Part shown: one piece after another, positions 1 to 8,700 of the stretch | Numbering within the stretch: position 1 is the stretch's first letter | Layout: the number at the start of each line of letters is the position of its first letter | From: a virus | UHGV virus genome: UHGV-1372970 | Length of the DNA: 64,000 bases | Reading direction: 5' to 3' (one strand) | Made by a program: the position numbers and the translations under genes | The notes under the pieces: generated by a model | Seen by the model: only the letters and a program-made list of their open reading frames with translations | Told to the model about the DNA's origin: nothing | Database searches by the model: none

Positions 1-457
1 AATCCGGCATCGCTTCCTGACTGGCATAGATGGATGCCATAAACACCTCCTTCGACGAGCCGATCAGACGCTCTACCAGAGTCTGCGTCAGCGTGTCTTT
101 GCCCTTCGTCAGATCACCATCTTCACTGCGAACGATGAGGCGGTTCTTGAACTCCTTGTGAGCGCGATGGCGGATCACCGCATACGTTCGGCCCTCATCC
201 TCAATCGTCACAGCCACGCGGCAGTTCTTTGGTGTGGCGGAGTTCAGGACATCGTCACCCTTGTAGCCGGTCGCTGTCTCACCATACAGACACCACATTA
301 GCGCATTCATCAGCGTTGATTTGCCGGCGCCATTGCTGGCAGCGCTGGAGTCCGCTGAGTTGATGCCCTGCACCAGCACAAGACCGCGACTGTCGAGATC
401 AACGCTGGCGTCGGCGATGACCATGAAGTTTTCTACTTTCAGGTTCAGGAATTTCAT
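1..457 (-). CDS. sbcC: SbcC/Rad50-like ATPase, N-terminal part (gene continues beyond the window start)
   Basis: Reverse complement starts MKFLNLKVENFMVIADAS... and contains Walker A GAGKSTLMNAL. Its ATG overlaps the SbcD stop (ATGA). Confidence 0.75.
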   Translation of the reverse strand, partial: MKFLNLKVENFMVIADASVDLDSRGLVLVQGINSADSSAASNGAGKSTLMNALMWCLYGETATGYKGDDVLNSATPKNCRVAVTIEDEGRTYAVIRHRAHKEFKNRLIVRSEDGDLTKGKDTLTQTLVERLIGSSKEVFMASIYASQEAMPD

Positions 458-1539
458 TCAGAGGCCCCCGCGCTTTCCGCTTCTAAGAGAATTTCGCTAC
501 ACAGCGAGTCGAGTTTTGAGAGATCGAAACCGCCGTCAGTGTCGTGAACGACCTTGCAATAGGCGCTAATGGACTCAGACAGGCTGTCAATTTTGCTGGT
601 GGACTCAGTGCTGGCAGTGCCGGCCATCATTGATGCTTTTTTGATGAGGTTCGTCACAACGCCGGCAGCACCCAGCGTCGCCAATTGCTCTTTGATCTGG
701 ATGCCTTCGTTTTCATCCTCTATCACAGCGCGATAGCGAATGTAGTTGCCGCGGATCTCATCTTCAGTGACATCACCTTCGAGAGAGACGAACTTCGGTG
801 CTTTCGTTTCGTGATGAGTGAAAGAGGCATCCTCATTGACCAGCATGTAACCAGCCAACGTCCCTACGTCGCCCCAATTCTGGTGCATCAGAGCGCCAAC
901 GGATACAACACCAGGGATGATTTCTTTGTGGTTGTGGTAGTGACCAGACAGCACCAGACGGTAGCCCAGCTCTTTCAGGTCGTTAGCCTCAATTCCCACA
1001 TCAGGCATCGTCGGGATCGCCTTGTTAATTCCGGTGTGGATCACGATGTCGTGGATACCGTCGCCAGATTTTTCACGCAACGCTTTCATGTCGGCCAGAA
1101 GCTCAGCATGGCTGTTACGCCAGCTGATAAAGTGGACGGTCACGTCATCGATTTTGAGGCTTTGGGCAGGCCCACAAACAATATTGACGCCGATAGACTG
1201 CAATGACGCCGCAGCATTTGCGGAGAATACTGAGTCGTTTGTTTCCAGATCATGATTACCGGCCAGCATCCAGACTTCCAGGCCAATTTCGTTGATGATC
1301 TCTTTGTATGCTTCAGTGACAAAGTGAAGGACTGTCGGGGTGATAGAGCCGCGAGTGTGGAACGTGTCGCCAGCCACCAGCATGTATTTCGCGCCAGATG
1401 TTTTAATCGCTTTCGCCGCTTCGATGGTAGCTTCGAGCTGGATTTTGAGACGTGAATTTAAACCATTTACGCTGATCGTCGAAAAGGCTGACCAGCTATG
1501 ATAGTGCGGATCGGAGATCACACCGTATATCGTTTTCAT
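454..1539 (-). CDS. sbcD: SbcD/Mre11-like metallophosphoesterase nuclease
   Basis: Calcineurin-like phosphoesterase motifs (GDTFH, GNHD, HxH). Start follows CATGTGTTTTCC RBS context. Paired with the upstream SbcC-like gene. Confidence 0.8.
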   Translation of the reverse strand: MKTIYGVISDPHYHSWSAFSTISVNGLNSRLKIQLEATIEAAKAIKTSGAKYMLVAGDTFHTRGSITPTVLHFVTEAYKEIINEIGLEVWMLAGNHDLETNDSVFSANAAASLQSIGVNIVCGPAQSLKIDDVTVHFISWRNSHAELLADMKALREKSGDGIHDIVIHTGINKAIPTMPDVGIEANDLKELGYRLVLSGHYHNHKEIIPGVVSVGALMHQNWGDVGTLAGYMLVNEDASFTHHETKAPKFVSLEGDVTEDEIRGNYIRYRAVIEDENEGIQIKEQLATLGAAGVVTNLIKKASMMAGTASTESTSKIDSLSESISAYCKVVHDTDGGFDLSKLDSLCSEILLEAESAGASE

Positions 1540-1742
1540 GTGTTTTCCTGTTGTTGTTTTATTCGATGATAGAGTGGGTTAACAGGCCACCAAGCAGCTT
1601 CACAAGGCACATATTAAACACCAAATAATAAGTAATTACTTATTTAATTTTGATTATGCTGAAACACAAGAGGGTGTCAGACGCTTTCTAAGAGGCTGGT
1701 GGGCTAGATTTGAGTGAATGTGTGGCATATGGCTGAAAACCC

Positions 1743-1775
1743 CTCTGCGTCGCTCTGAGGGGCTTAAATTGGCGT
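1743..1775 (-). terminator. Rho-independent terminator after the 1775..2452 gene
   Basis: Minus-strand hairpin CCCCTCAGAGCGACGCAGAGGGG followed by TTTTCAG. Confidence 0.45.
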
Positions 1776-2452
1776 TATATCTTTGATTCGAAGCGACGTC
1801 TCAGTTCGTCGAGGCTAACAACGTTATCTGGCGGGGTAATGTCTTCCATCATCATGAACTCTTCATCAGTGTGATACTCCCAATCGTATTCGTATTTCAG
1901 ACTTTTGAGATAGATGGCCGTCAGCGTGCTGTCTTCCTTCAAAAAATGACCGTATGACTTTTTAATCACTGTTCTGACATCTTCTTGCTTTTTTCCGCCG
2001 ACGCACAGATGGTTGAACCTGGCGTGCTTCCTCAGCATATCCTCGACGGGACCTGAAAAGACTTTGGCGACACGAGCAAAACGGATTATCTCACCGTCTT
2101 CTGCACCAACCAGACAGACAATTGAGTTTTCACTGACGCGATTTACCCATGTCACACCGCTTCGCAACGTGTTGAAGTAGGCATCTTTCAATCCCAGGTA
2201 AGGCTTTCTAAACGAGATTAGCGGAACGTATCGAGCACAGGTGTTAATTTCGAACGAGGTGCCTTGCTTCAGTAGTGATGATCGGGTTTTGTAAATTGGG
2301 CAGGCTGTCTTTATGCCGCAAACGTCACACATGTCCTTTGATGCGACCAGTTTTGAATCAGGCTTGATGGTGTAAGCCCCATCCTCTAGCCTTCTGATGT
2401 AGCGTGACTGTTTGATATCCATTGTTATTGTGGCCTTGTACTTTTTTATCAC
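1775..2452 (-). CDS. hypothetical protein
   Basis: 225-aa ORF, no recognised motif. Confidence 0.5.
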   Translation of the reverse strand: MIKKYKATITMDIKQSRYIRRLEDGAYTIKPDSKLVASKDMCDVCGIKTACPIYKTRSSLLKQGTSFEINTCARYVPLISFRKPYLGLKDAYFNTLRSGVTWVNRVSENSIVCLVGAEDGEIIRFARVAKVFSGPVEDMLRKHARFNHLCVGGKKQEDVRTVIKKSYGHFLKEDSTLTAIYLKSLKYEYDWEYHTDEEFMMMEDITPPDNVVSLDELRRRFESKI

Positions 2453-2497
2453 ATTAAACCAAATTTCAGGCTGAAATAGAAAATCGCCTGAAAAAAG

Positions 2498-2578
2498 TTA
2501 TCCACATATCAACCGGATAGATCCCAATAAGTAAGATCATAATGAGATCATAACTAGATCCTAAACAGATCCCTGATC
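2498..2578. promoter_or_regulatory. origin-like region: consensus DnaA box TTATCCACA followed by six GATC sites in repeated AGATC(C/A) heptamers at ~11-bp spacing
   Basis: Read directly from sequence. This is the arrangement of P1-type oriR. A second near-consensus DnaA box (GTATCCACA) overlaps the repA ATG at 2733..2741. Confidence 0.6.
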
Positions 2579-2618
2579 GCTGAGAGCCGCGCCATTATTG
2601 GCCTGAGAGTATGTTCAC

Positions 2619-2721
2619 GTATGCTGTCGACGGTTTACTATATGCTGCGAGCGGTTTACTGTATGCTGTCACCAGCAAAGAACATGCTGTCAGCGGTAAG
2701 CCGTGTATGCTGTCAGCGGTA
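2619..2721. repeat. 5 iterons (ATGCTGTCAGCGG-like) with ~21-bp periodicity upstream of repA
   Basis: Copies at about 2621, 2642, 2663, 2684 and 2707. Confidence 0.8.
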
Positions 2722-2740
2722 GATCTGAAAAGGTATCCAC

Positions 2741-3874
2741 ATGTCCACAGCCAAGAAAAAAGGCAGCAAAAACATAGCGAAAGATTCCGAAATTGAGATC
2801 CTTGATGAAGATGCTCTGGACTCATCCACAGACCCAGATGACCTTGATGAAGGTTCTCTAAACCTTTACACAGGTGACCTGACCCCCAATAACAACAACA
2901 CTGTTCAGCCTATCGCGCTAATGCGGCTTGGTTTGTTTGTCCCGACACTGAAAGGCACAAGGAATAGTAAACGAAACAAGTCGAATGAGATAGACGCGTC
3001 GAAAGAGCTGGTTCAGCTGGAAGTCGCCCGCTCTGAGGGTTACGCCGACATCAAAATCACCGGCCCCAGACTGGATATGGATCACGACTTCAAAACATGG
3101 GTTGGGGTGGTTCGTTCTTTGGCCGAATATGGCGAGACCAGCGGACGCGTAGAGCTGAGCATTACGAAGTTTGCAAAGTTCTGTGGCTATCCTTCCTCTC
3201 AGATCCGCAAAACATTACGTGACAGGCTCACAAATAGCCTTCTTAAAATAATGCGGACGACGCTTTCCTTCCAGCGCACGTATGAAGAGAAGAACGTCGA
3301 CGGCTCGAATAAGATCTCGCTCCTGATGATGCACCTCATAAACAGCGTTGATTACAACGAGAAGAAAGACACCATCATTTTCCAGGCCGAGCCTAAGCTG
3401 TCAGAGCTGTATAGGTTCGACCACAAGGTTCTCCTGCAGTTAAAGGTCATCAACAAGCTTCCACGCAAGGAGACGGCCCAGGCGCTGTATACGTTCATAG
3501 AAAGCCTTCCAACAAAGCCAGCACCCATCTCTCTCGCGAGGCTTAGAGCAAGATTGAATCTGAGCACAAATAACGTGAGTTCCCAGAATCAGACTATCAG
3601 GAATGGCCTCAAGTCACTTCAGGAGCTTGGCTATCTCGACTATAGCGAAATAAAGCGCGGGCGCTCTGTCTATATCCAAATCCACAACCGAAATCCAAAA
3701 CTGAAAGTCACTGAAAGCAAGCCAGAGAAACTCCCCAAAGATAAGCCGCCAATCGAAGGTAATTCGGATACTAAGCAGAATCTTATCAATAAGATAGTTG
3801 AGCTTTCCAAAGACCTTACACCCGAGAATATTAAGCTTATCGAGATCCTAAACAACAGCCTGAAGCTTGTTTGA
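2741..3874 (+). CDS. repA: plasmid-type replication initiator (RepA-like), flanked by iterons
   Basis: 377-aa ORF sits exactly between the two iteron arrays. A DnaA box overlaps its start. Acidic N-terminus. Confidence 0.65.
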   Translation: MSTAKKKGSKNIAKDSEIEILDEDALDSSTDPDDLDEGSLNLYTGDLTPNNNNTVQPIALMRLGLFVPTLKGTRNSKRNKSNEIDASKELVQLEVARSEGYADIKITGPRLDMDHDFKTWVGVVRSLAEYGETSGRVELSITKFAKFCGYPSSQIRKTLRDRLTNSLLKIMRTTLSFQRTYEEKNVDGSNKISLLMMHLINSVDYNEKKDTIIFQAEPKLSELYRFDHKVLLQLKVINKLPRKETAQALYTFIESLPTKPAPISLARLRARLNLSTNNVSSQNQTIRNGLKSLQELGYLDYSEIKRGRSVYIQIHNRNPKLKVTESKPEKLPKDKPPIEGNSDTKQNLINKIVELSKDLTPENIKLIEILNNSLKLV

Positions 3875-3875
3875 T

Positions 3876-4136
3876 ATGCTGTCAGCGGCGTTGAGTATGC
3901 TGTCAGCGGCAAATTTGCTTTTAGGTATGCTATCAACGGTGGTATGTATGCTGTCAGCGGTACTCGTAATAATTTTATCGGTGAAGAGGGGAGGGGCTTT
4001 TGTCAGTTACCGGATTAAACGTATGCTGTCAGCGGTAGTTTTCTTTGAACATATGCTGCGAACGGTATTTGATATGCTGCCAGCGGCATCTGTATATGCT
4101 GGCAGCGGTGCTACAAGGCAAGTATGCTATGAGCGG
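3876..4136. repeat. 9 iterons (same 13-mer family) downstream of repA, an incA-like array
   Basis: Copies at about 3876, 3897, 3927, 3948, 4023, 4053, 4074, 4096 and 4124. Confidence 0.8.
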
Positions 4137-4139
4137 TAA

Positions 4140-4370
4140 TTAGGTGAATGATGCCAGCAGAGTATAAAGACTTTTTGACTTATGGCTTGGCTTGGTCTCC
4201 CCGTTCTCGATCATCTGCCATGAGTTGTATCTGTAGACAACTCGACAATCATCGCGGTCAAGGCGGACAGAATAATCAGCCGGACGGGTGAAGCCCTTCG
4301 AGCGCCAGTAGCCTCGGCTCTTTTCCATTTCCATGCTATTTGCTAAGTTCATGCCGTCACCTTTACACAT
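4140..4370 (-). CDS. hypothetical small protein
   Basis: ORF only. Confidence 0.35.
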   Translation of the reverse strand: MCKGDGMNLANSMEMEKSRGYWRSKGFTRPADYSVRLDRDDCRVVYRYNSWQMIENGETKPSHKSKSLYTLLASFT

Positions 4371-4696
4371 TCGTCAAACACATATCCAAAGTCATCATAC
4401 ATAACGCCGTAGCTGGTTTTTCTTATGAAATAAGCGGCGCCAGCATGGTATCCGGCCATGTCGCCTTTATGCTCAAATAAGACCGGTGAGCTGATCACTC
4501 TCTCCCCGATAACCGCGTAAAATTGCTGGCTATCGGCTGTCAGTATGGCTTCCGCCATCTGGCGAGGCTCACCAATCATCTGACCGTCTTTGAACTTTAA
4601 AATGCTCATCTGGCACTTCATGACCGCTTCCTCGCTACTAAATGCGTATGAGGAAAATAACGCCAGACCAGCGGCAACGAGTTTATTTACAGTCAA
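4349..4696 (-). CDS. hypothetical secreted protein (N-terminal signal peptide)
   Basis: MTVNKLVAAGLALFSSYAFS signal-like N-terminus. Confidence 0.45.
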   Translation of the reverse strand: MTVNKLVAAGLALFSSYAFSSEEAVMKCQMSILKFKDGQMIGEPRQMAEAILTADSQQFYAVIGERVISSPVLFEHKGDMAGYHAGAAYFIRKTSYGVMYDDFGYVFDECVKVTA

Positions 4697-4879
4697 AGCA
4701 GCTTCCCCATCGTGAGTGCGATGAATGCGCCTACAATGATGTCGACGATTCGTCCGTTAACAGGTTTCAGTGATTGTCGAAAACTGCCGATAAAGATGCT
4801 GTCAAAAAGTAAAAAAATTGATGTAGCTAAATACAGGAGCGGAATAATACACCTCATTAGATAAATGTCTACTTATTAT

Positions 4880-5152
4880 TTAGAGCGTGCAAATGCCCAG
4901 AATACGGGTCAAGTGCTCTGCGTCTTCTTCGCTAATGAAGTGCAAGCCCTCGATATACCAGCATTCACCATTGTTCCAGCAAACCCCGTCCTTATCGACT
5001 GTTACGGTATCTTCGCTACCATAGATAGATGGCAAAAGCTGATCTGCGATAACCCGCAACTCATCATCCCCCGTGCCTTCTGGCACGTCCAGAATCGAAT
5101 AAGGTGAGTATGACGTGTTAAGTGAGGCACATACGTGCAGCAAAGCTTTCAT
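4880..5152 (-). CDS. hypothetical protein
   Basis: Preceded by the conserved CATGTGTTTTCC context and the AAACAAGTTGTT motif. Confidence 0.5.
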   Translation of the reverse strand: MKALLHVCASLNTSYSPYSILDVPEGTGDDELRVIADQLLPSIYGSEDTVTVDKDGVCWNNGECWYIEGLHFISEEDAEHLTRILGICTL

Positions 5153-5226
5153 GTGTTTTCCTTTATTGTAATAAACAAGTTGTTATCTTATGTGTTTAAT
5201 TAAGGTCAATCAAAAACGTTACACGG

Positions 5227-5481
5227 TCACATACCGCAGTTAGCGAATGCTTCTGCCATCACGGCGTTTCTCTGGCGAACTACTGGCGACTCAATGGATT
5301 GGCTCTTGATCTCGCGGAACGTTCCGTGAAGAGAGGCGTTGATAAACACAAACGCATCGCGACCGAGATCGTCTTTCGTGTGTATAGCCTGTCCATCAGC
5401 GTCGGAGTAGCCAGAGTATGTTTTCCCCGGAGTAAACCAGTTGATACCTGGGCGTGTGCTGGTGCATTCGATAGTGATCAT
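5227..5481 (-). CDS. hypothetical protein
   Basis: ORF only. Confidence 0.4.
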   Translation of the reverse strand: MITIECTSTRPGINWFTPGKTYSGYSDADGQAIHTKDDLGRDAFVFINASLHGTFREIKSQSIESPVVRQRNAVMAEAFANCGM

Positions 5482-5585
5482 TTTATTTACCTTGTATAGT
5501 TACAACATACTTTTGATGGGAGCTGTATTACGCTGCGGCTTTGACTTCAAACATTGTCTTCAGACACTCGAGTATTTGTCCGTAA

Positions 5586-6349
5586 TCAGGCGTCATCTCG
5601 ACTTTCCAGCAGCATTCTGATTGACTCGTTAAGGTTGATGTCTGGCGATGAAGTTATTTGGCCTATCCCAAGACGCATCGCGGCGCCAGCCACATACGCC
5701 TCAACCTCTGCTTTGCCAGCTGAGACGATGTTATCGACAGCTTCCTGCGTGAGTTCCGCGCCGAACGCCATATTGCCTGGAAGGTTGATTACCGCGCTGG
5801 ACAGTGATTCGTAAATGGCGCGGAGATCGCGCTTGCCAGTCTTGCCGGTGGCAATCAGCGCACCGAGCTGGTCGACGAGGTTCTCGATGCCGGCAACGTC
5901 TTTCCGAACCCGTGCAGCAATATCTTTAGAGAACCGCTCGTGCATCGTCTCAGCCTTCTCTATTTCGGGAAGGTGAACCAGCTTTCCGTCGCGGATCGAT
6001 GAAAGAGTACATGGGACGCCCTCACCAACGCCGAAACTGGACACCATCGCCGCCCACTGTGCTGCGCTGAGTTGAACCACCATAAGAGCGCTACGGTCTT
6101 CTGACTTTGTGACTCGATAGCTGTAGCCATCCCGCTCGATAGCCGCTCGATAGCCGCTCGATGGAACGTTAATTCAATCAGCTCACTATGATCGATGTCT
6201 GAGTCGAACAGGTTTGTGCCGGACGAACTGACGCGGCCAACACGCACCAGGCCAAACGCTGGGTGCGTCACCATATTCCGACCTTTGAACGCTTCGCCGC
6301 TTCTCTCTTCAGGCTTCTGTTTAATTCTCGCCATTGTTTTCTCCTTCAC
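5586..6349 (-). pseudogene. gene split into two overlapping ORFs (5960..6349 and 5586..6083) by an 11-bp tandem repeat triplication at 6132..6164
   Basis: CCGCTCGATAG occurs 2.9 times. Removing one copy fuses the upstream ORF into the downstream frame to give about 250 aa. Confidence 0.6.
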
Positions 6350-6469
6350 ACATTACGGGGTTTGAATCAGGCTCTGAGTAGTCGTAAGTTTCAGAGTCTG
6401 CATTGGGGAAGTGGATGACTCTCTGGTAGCCGTCACCCTCCATGCTTTCGCCGCAGTTCTTGCAGACCA

Positions 6470-6733
6470 TCAAAACCTCTGCTCGACGTAAGCAATCGAG
6501 ATATTGACCGCTGAAAAGCCGTGGTCGCGGATCGCTTCCTCATAAATCTTGTCGACGATTCGACGGTCTTTGTTGCACTGGAAGGCATTGCTGTACTTCG
6601 TTTTGAAGACTTGGCCATCTTTCACGAGCCACCAGTAATCGACGCGAGCCACGCGGCCGGTTTTGGGTGTGGAGACTTCTTCAATCGGTACGGCAATCAG
6701 GTTTTTGTCGATCCACGATTTATTCATAGCCAC
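6470..6733 (-). CDS. hypothetical protein
   Basis: Start preceded by AAACAAGTTGTTT and AAGGAG. Confidence 0.5.
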   Translation of the reverse strand: MAMNKSWIDKNLIAVPIEEVSTPKTGRVARVDYWWLVKDGQVFKTKYSNAFQCNKDRRIVDKIYEEAIRDHGFSAVNISIAYVEQRF

Positions 6734-6816
6734 TCCTTAAACAAGTTGTTTTCTAATGGCTGATATTTTACGGAGAAAGAAAAGGCGCCAGAAATGACGC
6801 CTTTTGGTTTGTTCGA

Positions 6817-7644
6817 TTACTTAACGGTAATGAACGGGGTGCTGGATCCTGCGGTCATATACTGCGGCAGGGCGCCGTTCCACTTATTGATGGCTTCTAG
6901 CTGCATGACGCCAGGGTTTTCCCGAAGGGCATCGCCACGAAGTTTAATGGCATCAGACTCTGCCTCAGCTCGTGTGCGGATAGCATCTGCTTCACCAGCT
7001 GCTTCGGCGCGAACCATGTTCGCTTCAGCCTCTTTCTGCTTCACTTCCTGTTCGCGTTGCAGAGTTCGCTGGTTAGCCGTCACTTTGGCGTTAATGGAGT
7101 CCTTCACGCTGTCTGGGTAGTCAGGTTTACCCATCCATGAAAGGCTCATAACCTGAATACCAACCGGCCCCATTTCACCCTGAATGGTTTTCAGCGCTGA
7201 AGCCAGCAGCTCAGTCTTGCCGCCGTCAATGAATTTGTCGGTGGTCATGTGGCTCGCCTGGTTGATCAGCACATCGGAGATCTTCTGCTTCAGGTCGGTG
7301 TCGGTGATGTCATCAACGCCTTTGCGATAGGTCTGGAAGACGGTGGAGATCTTGGTCGGGTCAACCTTGTACGAGACGCCAATGTGATAACTGATTGCTG
7401 TGCCGTCGCTCATTTGGAAGTTGAAGGCATCCTCATAGGATTTCATCTGCTTGAAGGTTGGAAAGGTGTACAGAGTAGTGTTCCAGCCAATCCACTGACG
7501 ACCAACGCCAACGACTTCACCAACACCCTTGTCGTCACCTAATTTGTTGACCTTGATACCCACTTCACCCGGCTTAACGTACTCGCAGCCGGTCAGTGCG
7601 GTCATAGCTGCAACGATAGCCAGCGCGAAAATTCCCTTTTTCAT
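6817..7644 (-). CDS. SPFH/band-7 (stomatin/prohibitin-like) lipoprotein
   Basis: Real start MKKGIFALAIVAAMTALTGCEY, signal peptide plus LTGC lipobox. Band-7-like body with coiled-coil C-terminus. The longer N-terminal extension in the ORF track overlaps the upstream gene. Confidence 0.6.
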   Translation of the reverse strand: MKKGIFALAIVAAMTALTGCEYVKPGEVGIKVNKLGDDKGVGEVVGVGRQWIGWNTTLYTFPTFKQMKSYEDAFNFQMSDGTAISYHIGVSYKVDPTKISTVFQTYRKGVDDITDTDLKQKISDVLINQASHMTTDKFIDGGKTELLASALKTIQGEMGPVGIQVMSLSWMGKPDYPDSVKDSINAKVTANQRTLQREQEVKQKEAEANMVRAEAAGEADAIRTRAEAESDAIKLRGDALRENPGVMQLEAINKWNGALPQYMTAGSSTPFITVK

Positions 7645-7844
7645 TTTTTGGTTCCTTTGATAACTTGTTGAATAATATGTTTCGCCGCTTTGTAAGAGAC
7701 GAAGGGGGTTGCGAACATCAGAGCGAAGCCAATCAGGACAGCGACATCGCTCTTCTGAGACACGAAGTAGGGGATGACCAGACCGACCATCGCCATGGCT
7801 ACAGCGCCAAGCAGACAGATTTTGAAATACAGTTTTGAGGACAT
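7641..7844 (-). CDS. small two-TM membrane protein (NfeD-like partner of the SPFH protein?)
   Basis: 67 aa and hydrophobic. ATGA overlap with the SPFH gene. Conserved RBS context. Confidence 0.5.
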   Translation of the reverse strand: MSSKLYFKICLLGAVAMAMVGLVIPYFVSQKSDVAVLIGFALMFATPFVSYKAAKHIIQQVIKGTKK

Positions 7845-7928
7845 GTGTTTTCTCTTGTTTTAACAAACTTATGCATGATAGATAAGTGCTTACTTATCAT
7901 CAAGCTTTTTGTGAAAAGGAACTATCAA

Positions 7929-8647
7929 TGCAACAAAGTTTTAGACTTATGATCTTACTGTCCGAGTTGCGCTCAGCATTGCGGATTATGGAAGAGTTAG
8001 CTGAACAAGCTGAAAATAACATAGCTGACTTAATCGAAAAGGCCGAATTGCCTGGCGCCTTAGAGATTTCAGAATATGAAGATGAAGTAGAAGATGAAGA
8101 TGGGCAGGTTTATTGTACTAAAACAGAAGTTTACTCGTATGGGCCTTGTAGTAGCGTCTTTGAGGATGAGGTAGTGTTGGAGTATAAGCATCTGATTTCC
8201 AATTTAAATAGAAGATCAGTTTTTCTTACTATTTACGGGTTGTTTGAGCATCATATAAATAAACTCCTCCCTGATTTAATCAGTATTTCAGGTTATGCCG
8301 CTGCCGACAGAGATGCGATTTTAAAAAAAATAAATGATGCCTTTTTGTTCAGAGGGTTTGAGTTTTTACAGGGTGATATATATCACCTTTCTGGTTTGAG
8401 GAACTCTCTTGCTCACAATAATGGGGAGTTTGCCCATGTTGTAAGTGAACTTCAAAAAGGTATGGTCTTAGAACGAAAACAACAAAGGTCATGGGATTCT
8501 GTAAATTATTTATTGTCCAAGGATTCTGGTGTGACCTTAAATTGTTTTAATGAGGTTTCTTTGAGTGAGGGCTTTCTTAAATACACGATTAATGAGATAA
8601 ATCTTTACTTTGAACAAATGGATAAAGGTTTTAATTCACTCTGTTAA
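7929..8647 (+). CDS. HEPN-like (Rx4H, LRNSLAHNNG) accessory protein; candidate abortive-infection or exclusion factor
   Basis: AT-rich plus-strand gene inside a minus-strand block. Start MQQSF.. at 7929 has AAAGGAA 8 nt upstream. RNxxAH motif in the C-terminal half. Confidence 0.5.
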
Positions 8648-8655
8648 TTATTATT

Positions 8656-8690
8656 GACGGTGGGTAAATTATTTACCCACCGTCTTTATT
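8656..8690. terminator. bidirectional intrinsic terminator
   Basis: GACGGTGGGTAAATTATTTACCCACCGTC followed by TTTATT. Confidence 0.6.
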
Positions 8691-8700
8691 AAACGGCCTC

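Noticed and set aside
6817-7866. 349-aa version of the SPFH ORF starting at 7866.
   Set aside because: The N-terminal 74 aa overlap the separately supported small membrane gene 7641..7844. The real start is the signal peptide Met at 7644, which has its own RBS.
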